Shown here: positions 23,374 through 34,849 of the stretch, piece after piece
Numbering within the stretch: position 1 is the first letter of the stretch
How the letters are laid out: each line of letters starts with the position of its first letter
Position numbers and translations under genes: made by a program
Source of the DNA: an uncultured Acidobacteriota bacterium
GTDB lineage: Bacteria > Acidobacteriota > UBA6911
DNA length: 64,000 nucleotides
Reading direction: 5' to 3'
NCBI GenBank assembly: GCA_963827655.1
Contig: CAWHCF010000049.1
Location: forward strand, 288,001 to 352,000
The notes under the pieces: generated by a model
The model's database searches: none
Told to the model about the DNA's origin: nothing
The model's input: the letters and a program-made list of their open reading frames with translations, nothing else

Positions 23374-24042
23374 ATGGCGATCATTCTGCTGGGACCGCCT
23401 GGGGCTGGCAAGGGGACCCAGGCTCGAAAGCTGGGCGCCCGCTACAACTATCCCCGCATCTCTACGGGCGATATGCTGCGAGAGGCGGTGAGAAAAGAGA
23501 CGGTACTTGGGAAGAAGGCTCGGCATTACATGGAGGCGGGAGAGCTCGTTCCCGACGGCCTTGTGGATGCCATCGTCAAAGCCCGCGTGAAACGCAAAGA
23601 CTGCGTCCGCGGATTCATACTCGACGGCTACCCGCGTACCATTCACCAGGCGGAGTTTCTGAAGCGGATAGTCGACAACAAAGAACTGAAGATTCTTGCC
23701 ATCGGCATTCGAGTCCGCAACGACATTCTCCTCGACCGACTGGCCAGGCGCTGGACCTGTCCCAGGTGCGCAAAGATTTTCAGTGGCGTGTCGGGGCCGA
23801 GTTCAGGCAGGAGTCGTTGCGACGAATGCGATTCCCTTCTCGTCCATCGAAAGGACGATTCCGCCTCTATCGTCGAGGAACGGCTTCAGGTTTACCACGA
23901 GGCGACCGAGCCGCTGATTCAGTACTATCAGTCACGGGGATTCTACGTCGAAGTCGACGGCGAAAGACCGGTGGATAAGATCTACCGAGCCATGACGGGA
24001 CTCCTCGGACGGAAGTCCGATCGACATTCCACCGTAGCGTAA
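23374..24042 (+). CDS. adk: Adenylate kinase (Cys/Zn LID)
   Basis: [29 protein letters not shown]...CDEC. Confidence 0.95.
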   Translation: MAIILLGPPGAGKGTQARKLGARYNYPRISTGDMLREAVRKETVLGKKARHYMEAGELVPDGLVDAIVKARVKRKDCVRGFILDGYPRTIHQAEFLKRIVDNKELKILAIGIRVRNDILLDRLARRWTCPRCAKIFSGVSGPSSGRSRCDECDSLLVHRKDDSASIVEERLQVYHEATEPLIQYYQSRGFYVEVDGERPVDKIYRAMTGLLGRKSDRHSTVA

Positions 24043-24064
24043 GGGTTCCAGGGCCGCGCCTAAT

Positions 24065-24283
24065 ATGCCGAAAGAGGAAGCCATTGAAGTTGTTGGGACC
24101 GTTGTGGAAACGCTTCCCAATGCCATGTTCAGGGTTGAGCTCGAGAATAAGCACGTGGTTTTGGCGCACATTTCGGGAAAGATGCGCAAGAACTTCATTC
24201 GCATTCTCCCCGGTGACAAGATCCTGGTCGAACTTTCTCCTTACGATCTCTCCCGCGGCCGGATCGTCTATCGCTATAAGTAG
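24065..24283 (+). CDS. infA: Translation initiation factor IF-1
   Basis: [19 protein letters not shown]. Confidence 0.98.
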   Translation: MPKEEAIEVVGTVVETLPNAMFRVELENKHVVLAHISGKMRKNFIRILPGDKILVELSPYDLSRGRIVYRYK

Positions 24284-24354
24284 CGCCTGGATTGTTCATT
24301 CGCTCCTTGCGGCTCCTGAGACGCAAGGACATGCAGTGGAAAGTAGAAACATTC

Positions 24355-24468
24355 ATGAAGGTAAGAGCATCAGTCAAGAAAATGTGTAACAAGTGCAAGG
24401 TGGTTCGCCGGAAGGGCGTGGTTCATATTCGGTGCGCCAACCCTAAGCATAAACAGAGGCAGGGGTAA
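24355..24468 (+). CDS. rpmJ: 50S ribosomal protein L36
   Basis: Manual translation [37 protein letters not shown]. Confidence 0.96.
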   Translation: MKVRASVKKMCNKCKVVRRKGVVHIRCANPKHKQRQG

Positions 24469-24536
24469 GAGTCTCTTTTGTCTGATGTGCCCGTAGGAGC
24501 CATGGGTATCGAAAGGACGAAAAGGGGAGGTTAGGT

Positions 24537-24899
24537 TTGGCTAGAATCGCGGGAGTGGATTTGCCGCTCAACAAGCGGGCGCAGATCGCCCTTACCTATA
24601 TTTTTGGAATTGGTAAGAGCCGCGCAACCAAGATCTGCCAGGAGGCAAAGGTCTCCTTGGAGACTAAAGTAAAAAACCTCACGGAAGATGAGACGGTCCG
24701 GATTCGCAACATAATTCAGAGAGAAGGCATGGTCGAAGGCGACCTGCGCAAATCGGTCTCCATGGATATCAAGCGTCTCATGGAAATCGGATGCTACCGC
24801 GGGTTGCGCCACCGACGCGGACTTCCGGTCCGGGGACAGCGGAGTCGTACCAACGCCCGGACGCGCAAGGGTCCGCGCCGGATTGTCGGCAAAAAGTAG
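24537..24899 (+). CDS. rpsM: 30S ribosomal protein S13
   Basis: [16 protein letters not shown]. Confidence 0.97.
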   Translation: MARIAGVDLPLNKRAQIALTYIFGIGKSRATKICQEAKVSLETKVKNLTEDETVRIRNIIQREGMVEGDLRKSVSMDIKRLMEIGCYRGLRHRRGLPVRGQRSRTNARTRKGPRRIVGKK

Positions 24900-24935
24900 C
24901 ACTACTTGGTTCCAGGTGCGCAAGGAGGGAGGAGA

Positions 24936-25343
24936 ATGGCGGAGAAGCTGAAAAAAACAGGTAAGAAGAAGGTGGGTAAAAAGCGCGAGAAAGTGAATAT
25001 CCCGGCAGGGATCGCCCACATCCTCGCTACCTTCAATAACACAATCATCACTATCACCGACCTCGAGGGTAACCTCCTGGCCAACTGCAGCTCAGGCGCG
25101 GTAGGCTTCAAAGGATCGCGCAAGGGAACGCCGTTCGCGGCGCAGCAGGCTGCGGCCAAGGCGGCCAACGCAGCCCGGGAATACGGGATGCGTTCGTTGC
25201 AGGTGCATCTCAAGGGTCCCGGAGCGGGTCGTGAATCTGCCATTCGCGCGCTGCAAGCAGCCGGACTGGAGGTGAAGTCTATCCGGGACATTACACCGAT
25301 CCCGCACAACGGCTGCCGCCCTCCAAAGCGCCGGCGAGTGTAA
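24936..25343 (+). CDS. rpsK: 30S ribosomal protein S11
   Basis: [19 protein letters not shown]. Confidence 0.97.
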   Translation: MAEKLKKTGKKKVGKKREKVNIPAGIAHILATFNNTIITITDLEGNLLANCSSGAVGFKGSRKGTPFAAQQAAAKAANAAREYGMRSLQVHLKGPGAGRESAIRALQAAGLEVKSIRDITPIPHNGCRPPKRRRV

Positions 25344-25432
25344 CACCAGTCCTTTGGCGTCTTTGCGCTTTCGTGGTTAATGGTGATCACGAAGACCGCT
25401 GAGGATGAAAAGCCTCCAAGAGGAGAAGTGAT

Positions 25433-26068
25433 TTGGCAAGATATCGTGGAGCTAAGTGCCGTTTGTGCCGGCGGGAAGGGATGAAGCTCTTCCTGAAAGG
25501 GGACCGATGCTTCAAAGACACCTGCGCCATTGAAAAACGCAACTGGCCTCCGGGTCAGCATGGGCGGGACCATCGCCCCAAAACCGCCGCCGGTTATGGC
25601 GTGCAATTGCGCGAAAAACAGAAGGTAAAACGCATCTATCGTGTGCTGGAGAATCAGTTTTCCAACTACTTCAGCAAGGCTGAGAAGAAAAAAGGGATTA
25701 CGGGTGAAACTCTGCTCCTTAGCCTGGAACGTCGTCTCGACAACGTCGTATGCCGCCTTGGATTTGCCACTTCGCGCGATCAAGGCAAGCAGCTGGTCAC
25801 CCACGGCCACGTCCGGGTCAACGATAGGAAGGTAGACATTCCCTCCTACCAGGTCAACGCCGGGGACGTCATTACGCTGGGGGAGCCGGCCAGGAAGATG
25901 CAGCAAATCCTCGATTCAGTGGCCTCCGTGAGCGGGCGCGGTGGGGTTCCGGCATGGCTTCAGCTTGATGCGGACAACCTCAAAGGCACGGTGGCCTCCT
26001 TGCCACGGCGAGATGATGTCCAGATGCCTATCGACGAGCAGCTCATTGTCGAACTCTATTCAAAGTGA
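25433..26068 (+). CDS. rpsD: 30S ribosomal protein S4 (Zn type)
   Basis: CRLCRREG, LERRLDN, IVELYSK. Confidence 0.97.
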   Translation: MARYRGAKCRLCRREGMKLFLKGDRCFKDTCAIEKRNWPPGQHGRDHRPKTAAGYGVQLREKQKVKRIYRVLENQFSNYFSKAEKKKGITGETLLLSLERRLDNVVCRLGFATSRDQGKQLVTHGHVRVNDRKVDIPSYQVNAGDVITLGEPARKMQQILDSVASVSGRGGVPAWLQLDADNLKGTVASLPRRDDVQMPIDEQLIVELYSK

Positions 26069-26175
26069 AAAAACCGGTGTCCAGTCTTTGGGAGACGTGT
26101 GTCAGGTACTACCAACGTCTAGCCTGATATGCCTGACGCCCGAATCCTTGGCACCTGAAGGGGAGAAAGAGAAAT

Positions 26176-27165
26176 ATGAGTAAGGGTTTTCAAAAGCCAA
26201 AAAGGTTAATCTGTGAACTGGAAACGCTGAGCCCCACATACGGTCATTTTTTCGCTCAGCCCTTTGAAAGGGGTTTTGGCACCACGATCGGCAATGCCCT
26301 GCGCCGCGTGCTGCTTTCGTCGATCGAAGGAGCGGCCATCACAGCGGTCAAGATTGAAGGGGTGCTGCACGAGTTCACCCCGATTCCCAACGTAACCGAG
26401 GATGCTACAAACATCATCATGAACTTGAAGCAAATCCCGCTCAAGCTCCACGTGGACCATGCCAAGACAATCTTTCTCGATGCCGAACAGCCGGGCGAGG
26501 TGAAGTCTGGCAATATCACCCCGGACCCGGACATCGAGATTCTGGATCCCAACGTCCATATAGCCACGATCGGCGAAGGGGGGAAACTCAAGATCGAGAT
26601 GCGCATCAGGAACGGGCGTGGATATGTGCAGGCGGACGAAAACTTCGAAGAAGACCTGCCAATCGGTTACATTCCTCTCGACAGCGTCCATTCCCCTATA
26701 AAGCGCGTAAATTATACAGTAGAAGCCGCGCGCCTGGGTCAGACGACGGACTACGACAAACTGGTACTCGACGTCTGGACGAATGGGTGCATCATTCCGC
26801 AGGACGCGATCGCCCAGGCCGCCAAGATCGTCAAAGATCACATGTTTATTTTTATTAACTTCGAGGAACAACCCGAAGAACAGGAAGAAGAGGTCGATCG
26901 CGAAGCCGAGCGCATGTATGACAACCTCAAACGTTCCGTCGAAGAGCTGGAGCTTTCAGTAAGATCCTACAACTGCCTGAAGAATGCGGACATCAAAACC
27001 ATCGGTCAGTTGGTGCAGAAAACCGAAGCCGAGATGCTGAAGACCAAAAACTTCGGTCGCAAGTCTCTGAACGAGATCAAAGAGATTCTCTCTGAAATGG
27101 GTCTGTCGTTCGGGATGAAGCTGAGCGACGATGGGCGACCGATGCCGCCCTCCAAGGCCGAATAG
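26176..27165 (+). CDS. rpoA: RNA polymerase alpha subunit
   Basis: [27 protein letters not shown]. Confidence 0.98.
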   Translation: MSKGFQKPKRLICELETLSPTYGHFFAQPFERGFGTTIGNALRRVLLSSIEGAAITAVKIEGVLHEFTPIPNVTEDATNIIMNLKQIPLKLHVDHAKTIFLDAEQPGEVKSGNITPDPDIEILDPNVHIATIGEGGKLKIEMRIRNGRGYVQADENFEEDLPIGYIPLDSVHSPIKRVNYTVEAARLGQTTDYDKLVLDVWTNGCIIPQDAIAQAAKIVKDHMFIFINFEEQPEEQEEEVDREAERMYDNLKRSVEELELSVRSYNCLKNADIKTIGQLVQKTEAEMLKTKNFGRKSLNEIKEILSEMGLSFGMKLSDDGRPMPPSKAE

Positions 27166-27210
27166 AGACGCCGGGAAAAACCGCGAGCGAATGAACGGCG
27201 AAGGGGATTT

Positions 27211-27687
27211 ATGAGACACCGGGTTGCCGGGAGGAAGCTGGGACGAAAAACCGCCCATCGTAGGGCGATGTTTCGCAACATGGTGACCTCCTTTCTCGAC
27301 AAGGAGCGCATCCGCACCACTCTGCCCAAGGCCAAAGAGCTGCGCCCGATCGCCGAACGGATGATTACACTGGGCAAGCGTGAGTCGCTCCATGCCCGGC
27401 GTCAAGCCCTGGCGTTCATCAAAGACACCGCGGTCGTCACCAAGTTGTTTGAAATACTGGCCCCGCGTTTCGCCCAGCGCAACGGCGGCTACACTCGGAT
27501 TATTCGACTGGGGTTTCGTCAGGGGGATGGGGCTTCGATGGCGATCCTCGAGCTGCTCGGAAGCGAGTTCAAATCCGACAAGGCCGAGGATGAAAAGGGG
27601 AAAAAGAAGGCTAAGAAGAAGGCAGCCGCCCCATCCAAAGAACCCGAAGCCAAACGGACCAAGAAAGAAAAGGCCGCCAAGGATTGA
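27211..27687 (+). CDS. rplQ: 50S ribosomal protein L17 with Lys-rich tail
   Basis: MRHR...KLGR, GGYTRI. Confidence 0.97.
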   Translation: MRHRVAGRKLGRKTAHRRAMFRNMVTSFLDKERIRTTLPKAKELRPIAERMITLGKRESLHARRQALAFIKDTAVVTKLFEILAPRFAQRNGGYTRIIRLGFRQGDGASMAILELLGSEFKSDKAEDEKGKKKAKKKAAAPSKEPEAKRTKKEKAAKD

Positions 27688-27764
27688 CGATTTACGATTG
27701 ACGATTGGACGATTGAAGAATGACGACCGGGTTTTTAACTGTCAGTGGTTGAGTTCAATCGTCA
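27682..27764. repeat. Heptamer inverted array providing the rplQ stop
   Basis: GATTGAC GATTTAC GATTGAC GATTGGAC GATTGAA ... TTCAATCGTCA. Confidence 0.8.
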
Positions 27765-28358
27765 TTCGAACGTTCTTCGCAGCTCGATATCATCCGAAGA
27801 GCCCAGCTTGCCATCGGGTCCGGCCGAGACCAGACGCAGGGCCTTGGGCCCCAGCCTGTAAGCCGCCAGGGGACGCCGCCAGGCGTCCTCTCGAATCAGT
27901 GAAGTCATATAATCGGGATTCAGTGAATTCGACAGCGAAATGTAGTCGGTGAACTCGGGCAGGATGCCGTTCTTGGTCCGGTATTTTTCGGCTGCTGCGG
28001 CGACCTGCTCCAGAAGCTTTTGCGTATCCGCGCTTTTCACTTGATCGAGTGCCCGTAGCACACTGTCGAGTTTCACCCACTCGCCGTTGCCTAAACGCAC
28101 TTCCTGAATCACCCAATTTCCCTGTATCCTCTCCAGCTTGAAGGCGACCCGAACCCCTGCCACCGCAATTGCGTGATTTGCTCCGGTCTGGCTTACCGAA
28201 TGGATCGATATATCGTCCTTGTCGAAGACCCCTTCGGGTAACGAAACAATCAGATCGTGAGCCATTTTCTTATTGATCGACCTGGCGGCGCAGGCGCCGA
28301 TAGACAGGATCAGGAGAAGGAATAAAACCGCCCGGCAGACGCTGATACCGAATCGCAT
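27762..28358 (-). CDS. Putative lipoprotein with GspG (T2SSG)-like C-terminal domain
   Basis: Signal peptide with IGAC lipobox; DAWRRP...SAGPDGKLGSSDDI resembles the GspG C-terminus. Confidence 0.65.
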   Translation of the reverse strand: MRFGISVCRAVLFLLLILSIGACAARSINKKMAHDLIVSLPEGVFDKDDISIHSVSQTGANHAIAVAGVRVAFKLERIQGNWVIQEVRLGNGEWVKLDSVLRALDQVKSADTQKLLEQVAAAAEKYRTKNGILPEFTDYISLSNSLNPDYMTSLIREDAWRRPLAAYRLGPKALRLVSAGPDGKLGSSDDIELRRTFE

Positions 28359-28455
28359 CGCGCCAAAATATAACAAAGCGGCTGAAAGATTCTTAGCGTT
28401 TCTTCGTGTCTTTGCGTCTTCGTGGTTGATTTTGTTCGGCTGTGAATCTGGCATA

Positions 28456-30630
28456 ATGCGTGCCATGCCGACCTTTCGAGCAGAGCCGGCTCCGGGGATA
28501 TTGCGCCTTGATACTCCGGTCCAATACATAAAAGGTATTGGGCCCCGGCGAGCGGAACAACTCTTGGCCCTCCAGATCCAAACAGTGGCAGATTTGCTGA
28601 ATCATTCGCCGCTCCGTTACGAGGATCGCTCCGAGTATCGCTCGCTCAGCATGCTTCGCGACGGAGAGTGGATTCTCACGCGCGGACGCATTCTCAGCGT
28701 GGGCAATCATCTGATTCGCCGAGGCGGGATGTCAGTCTTCGAAATGCTGGTGGGCGATGACAAGGGGAGAATAAGGCTCAAGTTCTTCAACCAGCCTTAT
28801 CTGCGTCAGGTCTTTCGCGAAAAGTTGAATCTGGTCGTTTACGGCCAGGTCAAGCGCGACAGCTATTCCGGAGGGTCTCTCTGCTTCATCAATCCCGAGT
28901 GTGAGATTGTCGAAGATGAGGGAAAGGAGTCGGTTCACACGGGCCGCGTGGTGCCGATTTACCGAAGACTTGGCGATACTAGAGGGCGGGCGCTGCGTCA
29001 GATCATGCACAATATCGTATCGAACCTGCCTCGGGACATAAGCGATCCGCTACCGTCCTACGTGCGCAAGAAGTACCGTTTGCTGCCCCGAAATGAGGCC
29101 TTGGCGCGGGTGCATTTTCCCGAGCTGCGCGCCGCATCGGCGACGGACCGTGCCAGGGCCCTCGAGGCGCTCAATCGCGGAGTCTCACCCGCGCACAAGC
29201 GGCTGATCTTTGAAGAGCTATTCCAGCTTCAGGTCGGCATTCGCATGGTCCGGGCGGGGCGAATAAAAATCTCAAAAGATCGCAGGATCCAGCTGAGTGA
29301 AAGTGTTCGAGATGCAATCAAGAAAATTCTCCCGTTTCATCCCACTGGGGCCCAGAAGCGCGTCTTGAAAGAGGTGGCCGACGATATGCGCTCGGCTCGC
29401 CCGATGAGCCGGCTCTTGCAGGGGGACGTGGGCTCGGGCAAGACCATCGTGGCGGCCCAGGCCGCCATTATTGCCGTAGAGAATGGCTTTCAGGTCGCGG
29501 TGATGGCGCCGACCGAGATCCTGGCCGAGCAGCACTATTTCAACTTTCGCCGGCTCCTGGCACCCATCGACTATCACGTGGACTTGCTGAAAGGGAAGAT
29601 GCGGGCGAAGGAGAAGCGCGACGTTCTGGAGCAAGTCCGGGCCGGAAAGACTCAGATCATCATCGGCACGCACGCGCTCATACAGCAAGGGGTCGAGTTC
29701 TTCAACCTGGCGCTGGTGATCATCGATGAGCAGCACCGCTTCGGAGTCATGCAACGGAACGTGCTGAAAGAGAAGGGAAGGCAGGCGGATGCGTTGGTAA
29801 TGACAGCGACTCCCATTCCCCGTTCTCTGGCGTTGACGCTCTACGGAGATCTGGATGTTTCGGTAATCGATGAGCTGCCGCCTGGCCGGAAACCCATCGA
29901 GACCTGGTGGCTCGATGAGACCCAACGCCGGCGAGCTTATCAACAGATGCAACGGACCGTATCCGAAGGACACCAGGTCTATGTGGTTTACCCGCTGGTA
30001 GAGGAATCGGAAAAGTCTGATCTACGCGCCGCGACGGAAATGGCGGAGAGCCTGAGACACAAGGTCTTCCCGAACTTTCGCATCGGCCTGCTTCACGGAA
30101 GAATGAAGAGCTCCGAAAAGGAGCAGATCATGACCGCGTTTTCCCGCGGAGAGCTTCAGATTCTCGTTTCCACTACGGTCATTGAAGTAGGGGTCGACGT
30201 AGCCAACGCGACCTTGATGGTAATCGAGCATGCGGAGCGGTTCGGCCTGGCTCAGCTGCATCAATTGCGCGGCCGCGTGGGGCGCGGCGCCGCTCAGTCT
30301 TTATGTATTCTGGTGGCAGACGTGAGAAACAACCCGGAAGTTCAGCGCCGCCTGGAGATCATGTGCGAGACCAACGACGGTTTCCGAATCGCCGAGGTGG
30401 ACCTCGAGCTCCGGGGACCCGGGGAAGTGATGGGAACCCGCCAATCCGGTGTCCCGGTATTCAACTATGCCAACCTGGTACGAGACCGTAGAGCGCTGGA
30501 GCTGGCGCGCCTCGAGGCTGATCGTTTTCTCGATATCCTGAGCGGTGGTCCGGATGATGAGTGCCGTCAGATCGCCGCCATGATCCGCCATCGATGGCGG
30601 GACCGCTACGGGCTGGCTCTTGTCGGGTAA
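28456..30630 (+). CDS. recG: ATP-dependent DNA helicase RecG
   Basis: QGDVGSGKT, DEQHRFGV, MTATPIPR, QLRGRVGR. Confidence 0.96.
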   Translation: MRAMPTFRAEPAPGILRLDTPVQYIKGIGPRRAEQLLALQIQTVADLLNHSPLRYEDRSEYRSLSMLRDGEWILTRGRILSVGNHLIRRGGMSVFEMLVGDDKGRIRLKFFNQPYLRQVFREKLNLVVYGQVKRDSYSGGSLCFINPECEIVEDEGKESVHTGRVVPIYRRLGDTRGRALRQIMHNIVSNLPRDISDPLPSYVRKKYRLLPRNEALARVHFPELRAASATDRARALEALNRGVSPAHKRLIFEELFQLQVGIRMVRAGRIKISKDRRIQLSESVRDAIKKILPFHPTGAQKRVLKEVADDMRSARPMSRLLQGDVGSGKTIVAAQAAIIAVENGFQVAVMAPTEILAEQHYFNFRRLLAPIDYHVDLLKGKMRAKEKRDVLEQVRAGKTQIIIGTHALIQQGVEFFNLALVIIDEQHRFGVMQRNVLKEKGRQADALVMTATPIPRSLALTLYGDLDVSVIDELPPGRKPIETWWLDETQRRRAYQQMQRTVSEGHQVYVVYPLVEESEKSDLRAATEMAESLRHKVFPNFRIGLLHGRMKSSEKEQIMTAFSRGELQILVSTTVIEVGVDVANATLMVIEHAERFGLAQLHQLRGRVGRGAAQSLCILVADVRNNPEVQRRLEIMCETNDGFRIAEVDLELRGPGEVMGTRQSGVPVFNYANLVRDRRALELARLEADRFLDILSGGPDDECRQIAAMIRHRWRDRYGLALVG

Positions 30631-30711
30631 AAACCGGGGTCGTCTCCCGGGTTTCGACGAGCCTCTCCAGCTTCCAGGAACAAGGAAAACCAGGGGGCTG
30701 CCCCTGGTTTT
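30631..30711. repeat. Pair of REP-like palindromes
   Basis: AAACCGGGGTCGTCTCCCGGGTTT and AAAACCAGGGGGCTGCCCCTGGTTTT. Confidence 0.6.
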
Positions 30712-30719
30712 TCAATGCT

Positions 30720-31265
30720 ATGCGAGTGATCTCTGGAAAGTTTCGCGGCAGGAAGTTACGAGGCCCGCGGGGCTTTCGCCTGCGCCCTACCAGTGATCGC
30801 CTCAAGGAAACCCTCTTCGACATCCTCGGTCCGGCGGTTTCTGGCACAGTTTTCCTGGATGTTTTTGCCGGGACCGGTGCGGTTGGCTTGGAAGCGTTGA
30901 GTCGCGGGTCGCGCGAGGTCATCTTCATCGAATCCAGCGGCGAAGCCGCCGATCTCATTCGCCGGAATCTCGAGCTCTGCGGTGTTAGCACGGCGTATCG
31001 CATCATCGAGCGCGATGTTTTTGCAGCTCTCCGTGCCCTGGGCCGGCAGGGTTTTCGTGCGGATACGGTTTTCTTGGACCCTCCATACGAGTGGCAAGCC
31101 TATCATGACCTCTTAGACAATGTTTTTCGCGCGGGCCTTGTGGACCGCCAATCGCGCGTTATTGTTGAGCATCACTGCAAGGCCGCCCTTCCGGGGGACG
31201 CCGAGAGGTTTGAGCGGACTCGCATCGTTCGCCAGAGTGACAAGTGTCTCAGCTTCTACCCGTGA
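30720..31265 (+). CDS. rsmD: 16S rRNA m2G966 methyltransferase
   Basis: MRVISG, RPTSDRLKE, DVFAGTG, DPPY. Confidence 0.93.
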   Translation: MRVISGKFRGRKLRGPRGFRLRPTSDRLKETLFDILGPAVSGTVFLDVFAGTGAVGLEALSRGSREVIFIESSGEAADLIRRNLELCGVSTAYRIIERDVFAALRALGRQGFRADTVFLDPPYEWQAYHDLLDNVFRAGLVDRQSRVIVEHHCKAALPGDAERFERTRIVRQSDKCLSFYP

Positions 31266-32195
31266 AGAATTGAAAATTTGACCCTCTCTCCGGCGATGTT
31301 AAGGGGAGAGGTGGACACCGGGCGCCATTGATCGTTGAAAACTGACAATTAGAAAAGTGATCTTCGTGTGTCACTTTCTTTCGAAAAAGTTGATCAATTC
31401 TACCGACCCGGTCTGAGCTGCGTTTCTGACCAGGCTGATTTCGCCGGGACTTACGGCTCCCCCGGTGTGGTCCCAAAAGTGCATGGCCTGAAACCGTCCG
31501 CGTTCCCATGCGTTTCTTGTTGTCTCCGCGCCTTCGTGATGAGTGCGGCATGACCAAAGTCGGCCACCAAGACAGGAAGACTCGAAGAAGTGCGAAGAAC
31601 CTTGATGGGATAAACGGCAACGGAAACGCGAACGTTTACTCTGGAAGGCGGTATGAACCGTAAGCGAATCACACTCACGCTGGTGGTTCTGCTGGCGCTA
31701 TTGGTCACTTTGGCGAGGCCTTTTGGCGAGCCGCGCCCGTGCTCTATCTGCTGTATCCGGCCGGAATCCTCCTTGGCGTGCTGTGCGGATGGCTGTGGGT
31801 CTTAGTTTCCTGCACTGGCGCAGGCCGGCTTTGATGATAATGCTCGCTGCAGTGCTCCTGTCGCTATTACGGGCTCCGCCGCGAACACCTGGACTTGCTT
31901 TTACTTCAGGCATCAAGAACCTTGAAGTTCGTCTGCCCTGCGGACGCAACACCGCGCGCTTTGATCGGCTTCGGCTTCGGCTGCATCCTTGGGGTCTCTG
32001 CCGCTTTGCTCGTCAACCTGTTCATCAATAGCTGGCGCGGCGGTCGAAGACCGGGCGCCCGCTAACCCGACATACGCGATTGACCTGGTACTCGACACTC
32101 TGTTGTAGCCGCTTCGTCAAGACCTCCCTGGAGAGCGCTCCCTCAGAGAGGACCTCCCTCAAGAGTCTAAACCTAACCTTAAAGGAGGTACACAA

Positions 32196-32743
32196 ATGAT
32201 AGTGCGTCTACTTGTCATGCTTGGAAGCGCACTCCTGATTGCTTCCCGCAAGTGCGCAAGAGCAACACCCCGACACACTCGTCCCACGCGAAGGCTGCGG
32301 CTGCGCCCGTCAGGGTCATCGATGGGTCCAAGACACCGGATGAGATCCCCCACGCCAATGCCTGGCGATTGTTCCTTCGGGCGTTTTCCGAATCAGCTGG
32401 CCCGGAGACAAAGGTCGCGCGGGCGAAAACCGATGCCATCGGCCTGGACTCCGACGATGCGGCGGTCTTCCGCAGTACGATTGCCGAGTTTCACATCGAA
32501 GTTTCCCGGCTCGAACAGCAAATTCAGTCGATCGGGCGCGCCGGTCCAGGCACAGCCGCGCACGCCGAGATTGCGCGCTTGAGGGCGGCCATCAACCGGC
32601 TCGCGGTCGATGTACAGAACCGTCTGGAAGCCGGACTGAGTAAAGACGGAGCGAAAAAGCTCCGTGACTTTGTCCGTGCTCAAAGAAAGCACATGAAGGT
32701 TGTTCAACTCCCTGCTGCCAGAGACAAGGAGGATTTAAGATGA
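32196..32743 (+). CDS. Putative secreted helical protein (frameshifted near 32245-32270)
   Basis: AAGGAGG RBS, hydrophobic signal MIVRLLVMLGSALLIAS; body in ORF 32252-32743. Confidence 0.5.
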
Positions 32744-33786
32744 GAACGCCAGCTTTAGCAGTTGCCACGCTGTTCCTGTTAACCGGATCAGGGGCGTATG
32801 CGCAGCAGGTCAGCTACTATTCCTATGGGGTGGCTGACGATAACAACGCATATGCCTGGGCCGTGATTGATGACGGGGGCATGTATGGCGAGATCCACAT
32901 GCCTGGACAAAGGGCGTCCCTGCGCAGTCCCTCCGGGAGAACTACCGGCGTCGTCTACTCACAGTCATACCGGATCGATTTATCCCTGCCACTGAACGAG
33001 GAGTACGGCAATTTCACCATCACCTCCTACCACTCGCTGTACTGCACGTACCTCGGGTGGATCCTGTACCAGGTGGCAAGCGCCTACGCCATCGACGTGC
33101 CACCGCTCTTTCATGTCTCGATGAGGGCCTTTATCCCCGAGAGGTTGCTCGAAGTACCCCTGTGGTGCTGGTACAACGGGCAGATAGGGATATACAATGC
33201 AGTTTTCCGGGGATAACCGTTGGTTCGACCCGATCGATGGATCCCCTTTTGGTCCCACCAGCTACCGCGCACAGACGACGACCATCGTTCGGCCCCGCGA
33301 TGGGACAATGTTCAGTGCGCCACGCATCACCGAACAGGAATAACCAAAGGCTACGGGTTCGACCCAGGAATCGACGATGAAAATCTAAATGATTGCTACC
33401 GGCTGGATCGAGTGGGGTACGGCGACCCCAGCTGGATGCGGGCGAGTGGCAGCCCGGTCGGCCCGATCACTAACCGCACGGTGCGCGCGCGGCTCTACGG
33501 TGCTGCTTACTCCACTGGGGCGCCATTGCCGGGTATCGATTATGACTTCACGGTCGATATCCAGGCCTACCGGCAGCCCTAGAGCTTTGCAAGGCAACCT
33601 GGGTGGCACGATTGTTACCCCGCCTACGAGATCTACATCCGCCGGCGACGCGACGGTCCGGCCACGACGGTGTATCAGTATGCGCCCCCCAGGCGCGATT
33701 GGGCCTACTTGATCGGTTGCCTCGAAACCTATAACCCGTACTACCCGAGGGTCCAGGTCGGCACTCACGCCGATGTGATCCCATAA
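32740..33786 (+). CDS. Secreted DUF3238-like protein, split by several frameshifts
   Basis: Signal peptide; MRAFIP, FRGDNRWFD, IDYDFTV and GWHDCYPAYEIYI motifs in successive frames. Confidence 0.55.
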
Positions 33787-33796
33787 GGAGCGAAAT

Positions 33797-34601
33797 ATGA
33801 AACAGATTCTGCTAATTTTTGTTTTTGCTCTCTGTGCGCTGCCGGGCAGGGCGCAGTGCCTGACGTAGTCGCACACGTCAAGGATATACTGAGCGAAGAC
33901 CAGCAGGCCGTCGCACGCGCCAGAGAGCAGGAGCCATGCCGCCTTGAATCTATTCGAAGGACAACGCATTCTGGGATCGCGTCGTGTTGCCCTACCTCAA
34001 GAGCGAGAACCCGGGCACGCGCGCAGCGGCAACCGCTATCGCCCTGCATATGACTGCCATGCGGGCCGACGGCGCCGCCGTAATTACAAACTTTCTTCCG
34101 GTGTTTGCCGAACACTTGGCCGATCCGACCACCTTGGGACGGCAAAACACAGCAATTGCGGTGCATCACGTCATGGGCGTGCTCAACGACCCGCCCAAGG
34201 AGATCTTGCAAAAGATCGCTCTGGCTGCAACGGATGGCGACCGAGGTGTGCAGACTCGCCTTGGGCGCTGGCACGAGACGAACCCGATGCCGGAGTGGGT
34301 CAGCGACATCCTGTTAACCACGAAGCTCGACGAACAGGAGCGATTGCGTGCCCTGTCTCATGTCAGGGACATGCGGCCAGAGATTATGGCCAAACTCATT
34401 TACTCGCTGAGATCGGAAGACAAGGCTCTGGTCGAGGTTACGCTTTCGGCGATTGCAGAGCTTGGCCCGAAGGCCGCGGCGGCCTCTTCGGAGCTTCGCC
34501 GGCTGGCGCAAGAGTCGAGCGACGCGACAATCTCGAAGAGCGCGCTCGGTCTGGCCGAACGGCTGGAGTCGCCGCGCAAACAGCAACCACGTTTGCAATG
34601 A
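33797..34601 (+). CDS. Secreted HEAT-repeat-like protein (frameshifted 5' part)
   Basis: AGGAG RBS, MKQILLIFVFALCA signal; helical repeats (LPYLKSENPGTRAAA, AIAELGPKA). Confidence 0.55.
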
Positions 34602-34849
34602 AAGTGACTGAGACGACGAAGAAGACGGTTAACTGCGATAGCCCTTTTGGTTTTGGTTATTGCTGCGGAGGCTTGGGCGTATCTCCTCTTCCTATTGGCA
34701 CTGGCTTTTGCCATTGGGTTCCCTCATGGAGGGTAATGCGGGCACAAAAGAGCGAGTACGAAAGCCTGCGGTGGAAGTCGAAAGGCCGCCGCAGGCTTCG
34801 CTAATGCGGTGGAACGAGGCTACGCCTTCGCGCCCGTCATCAACGAAAC

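Noticed and set aside
31653-32100. Small membrane protein or recombinase remnants
   Set aside because: Fragmented across frames with no diagnostic motif; cannot be supported.
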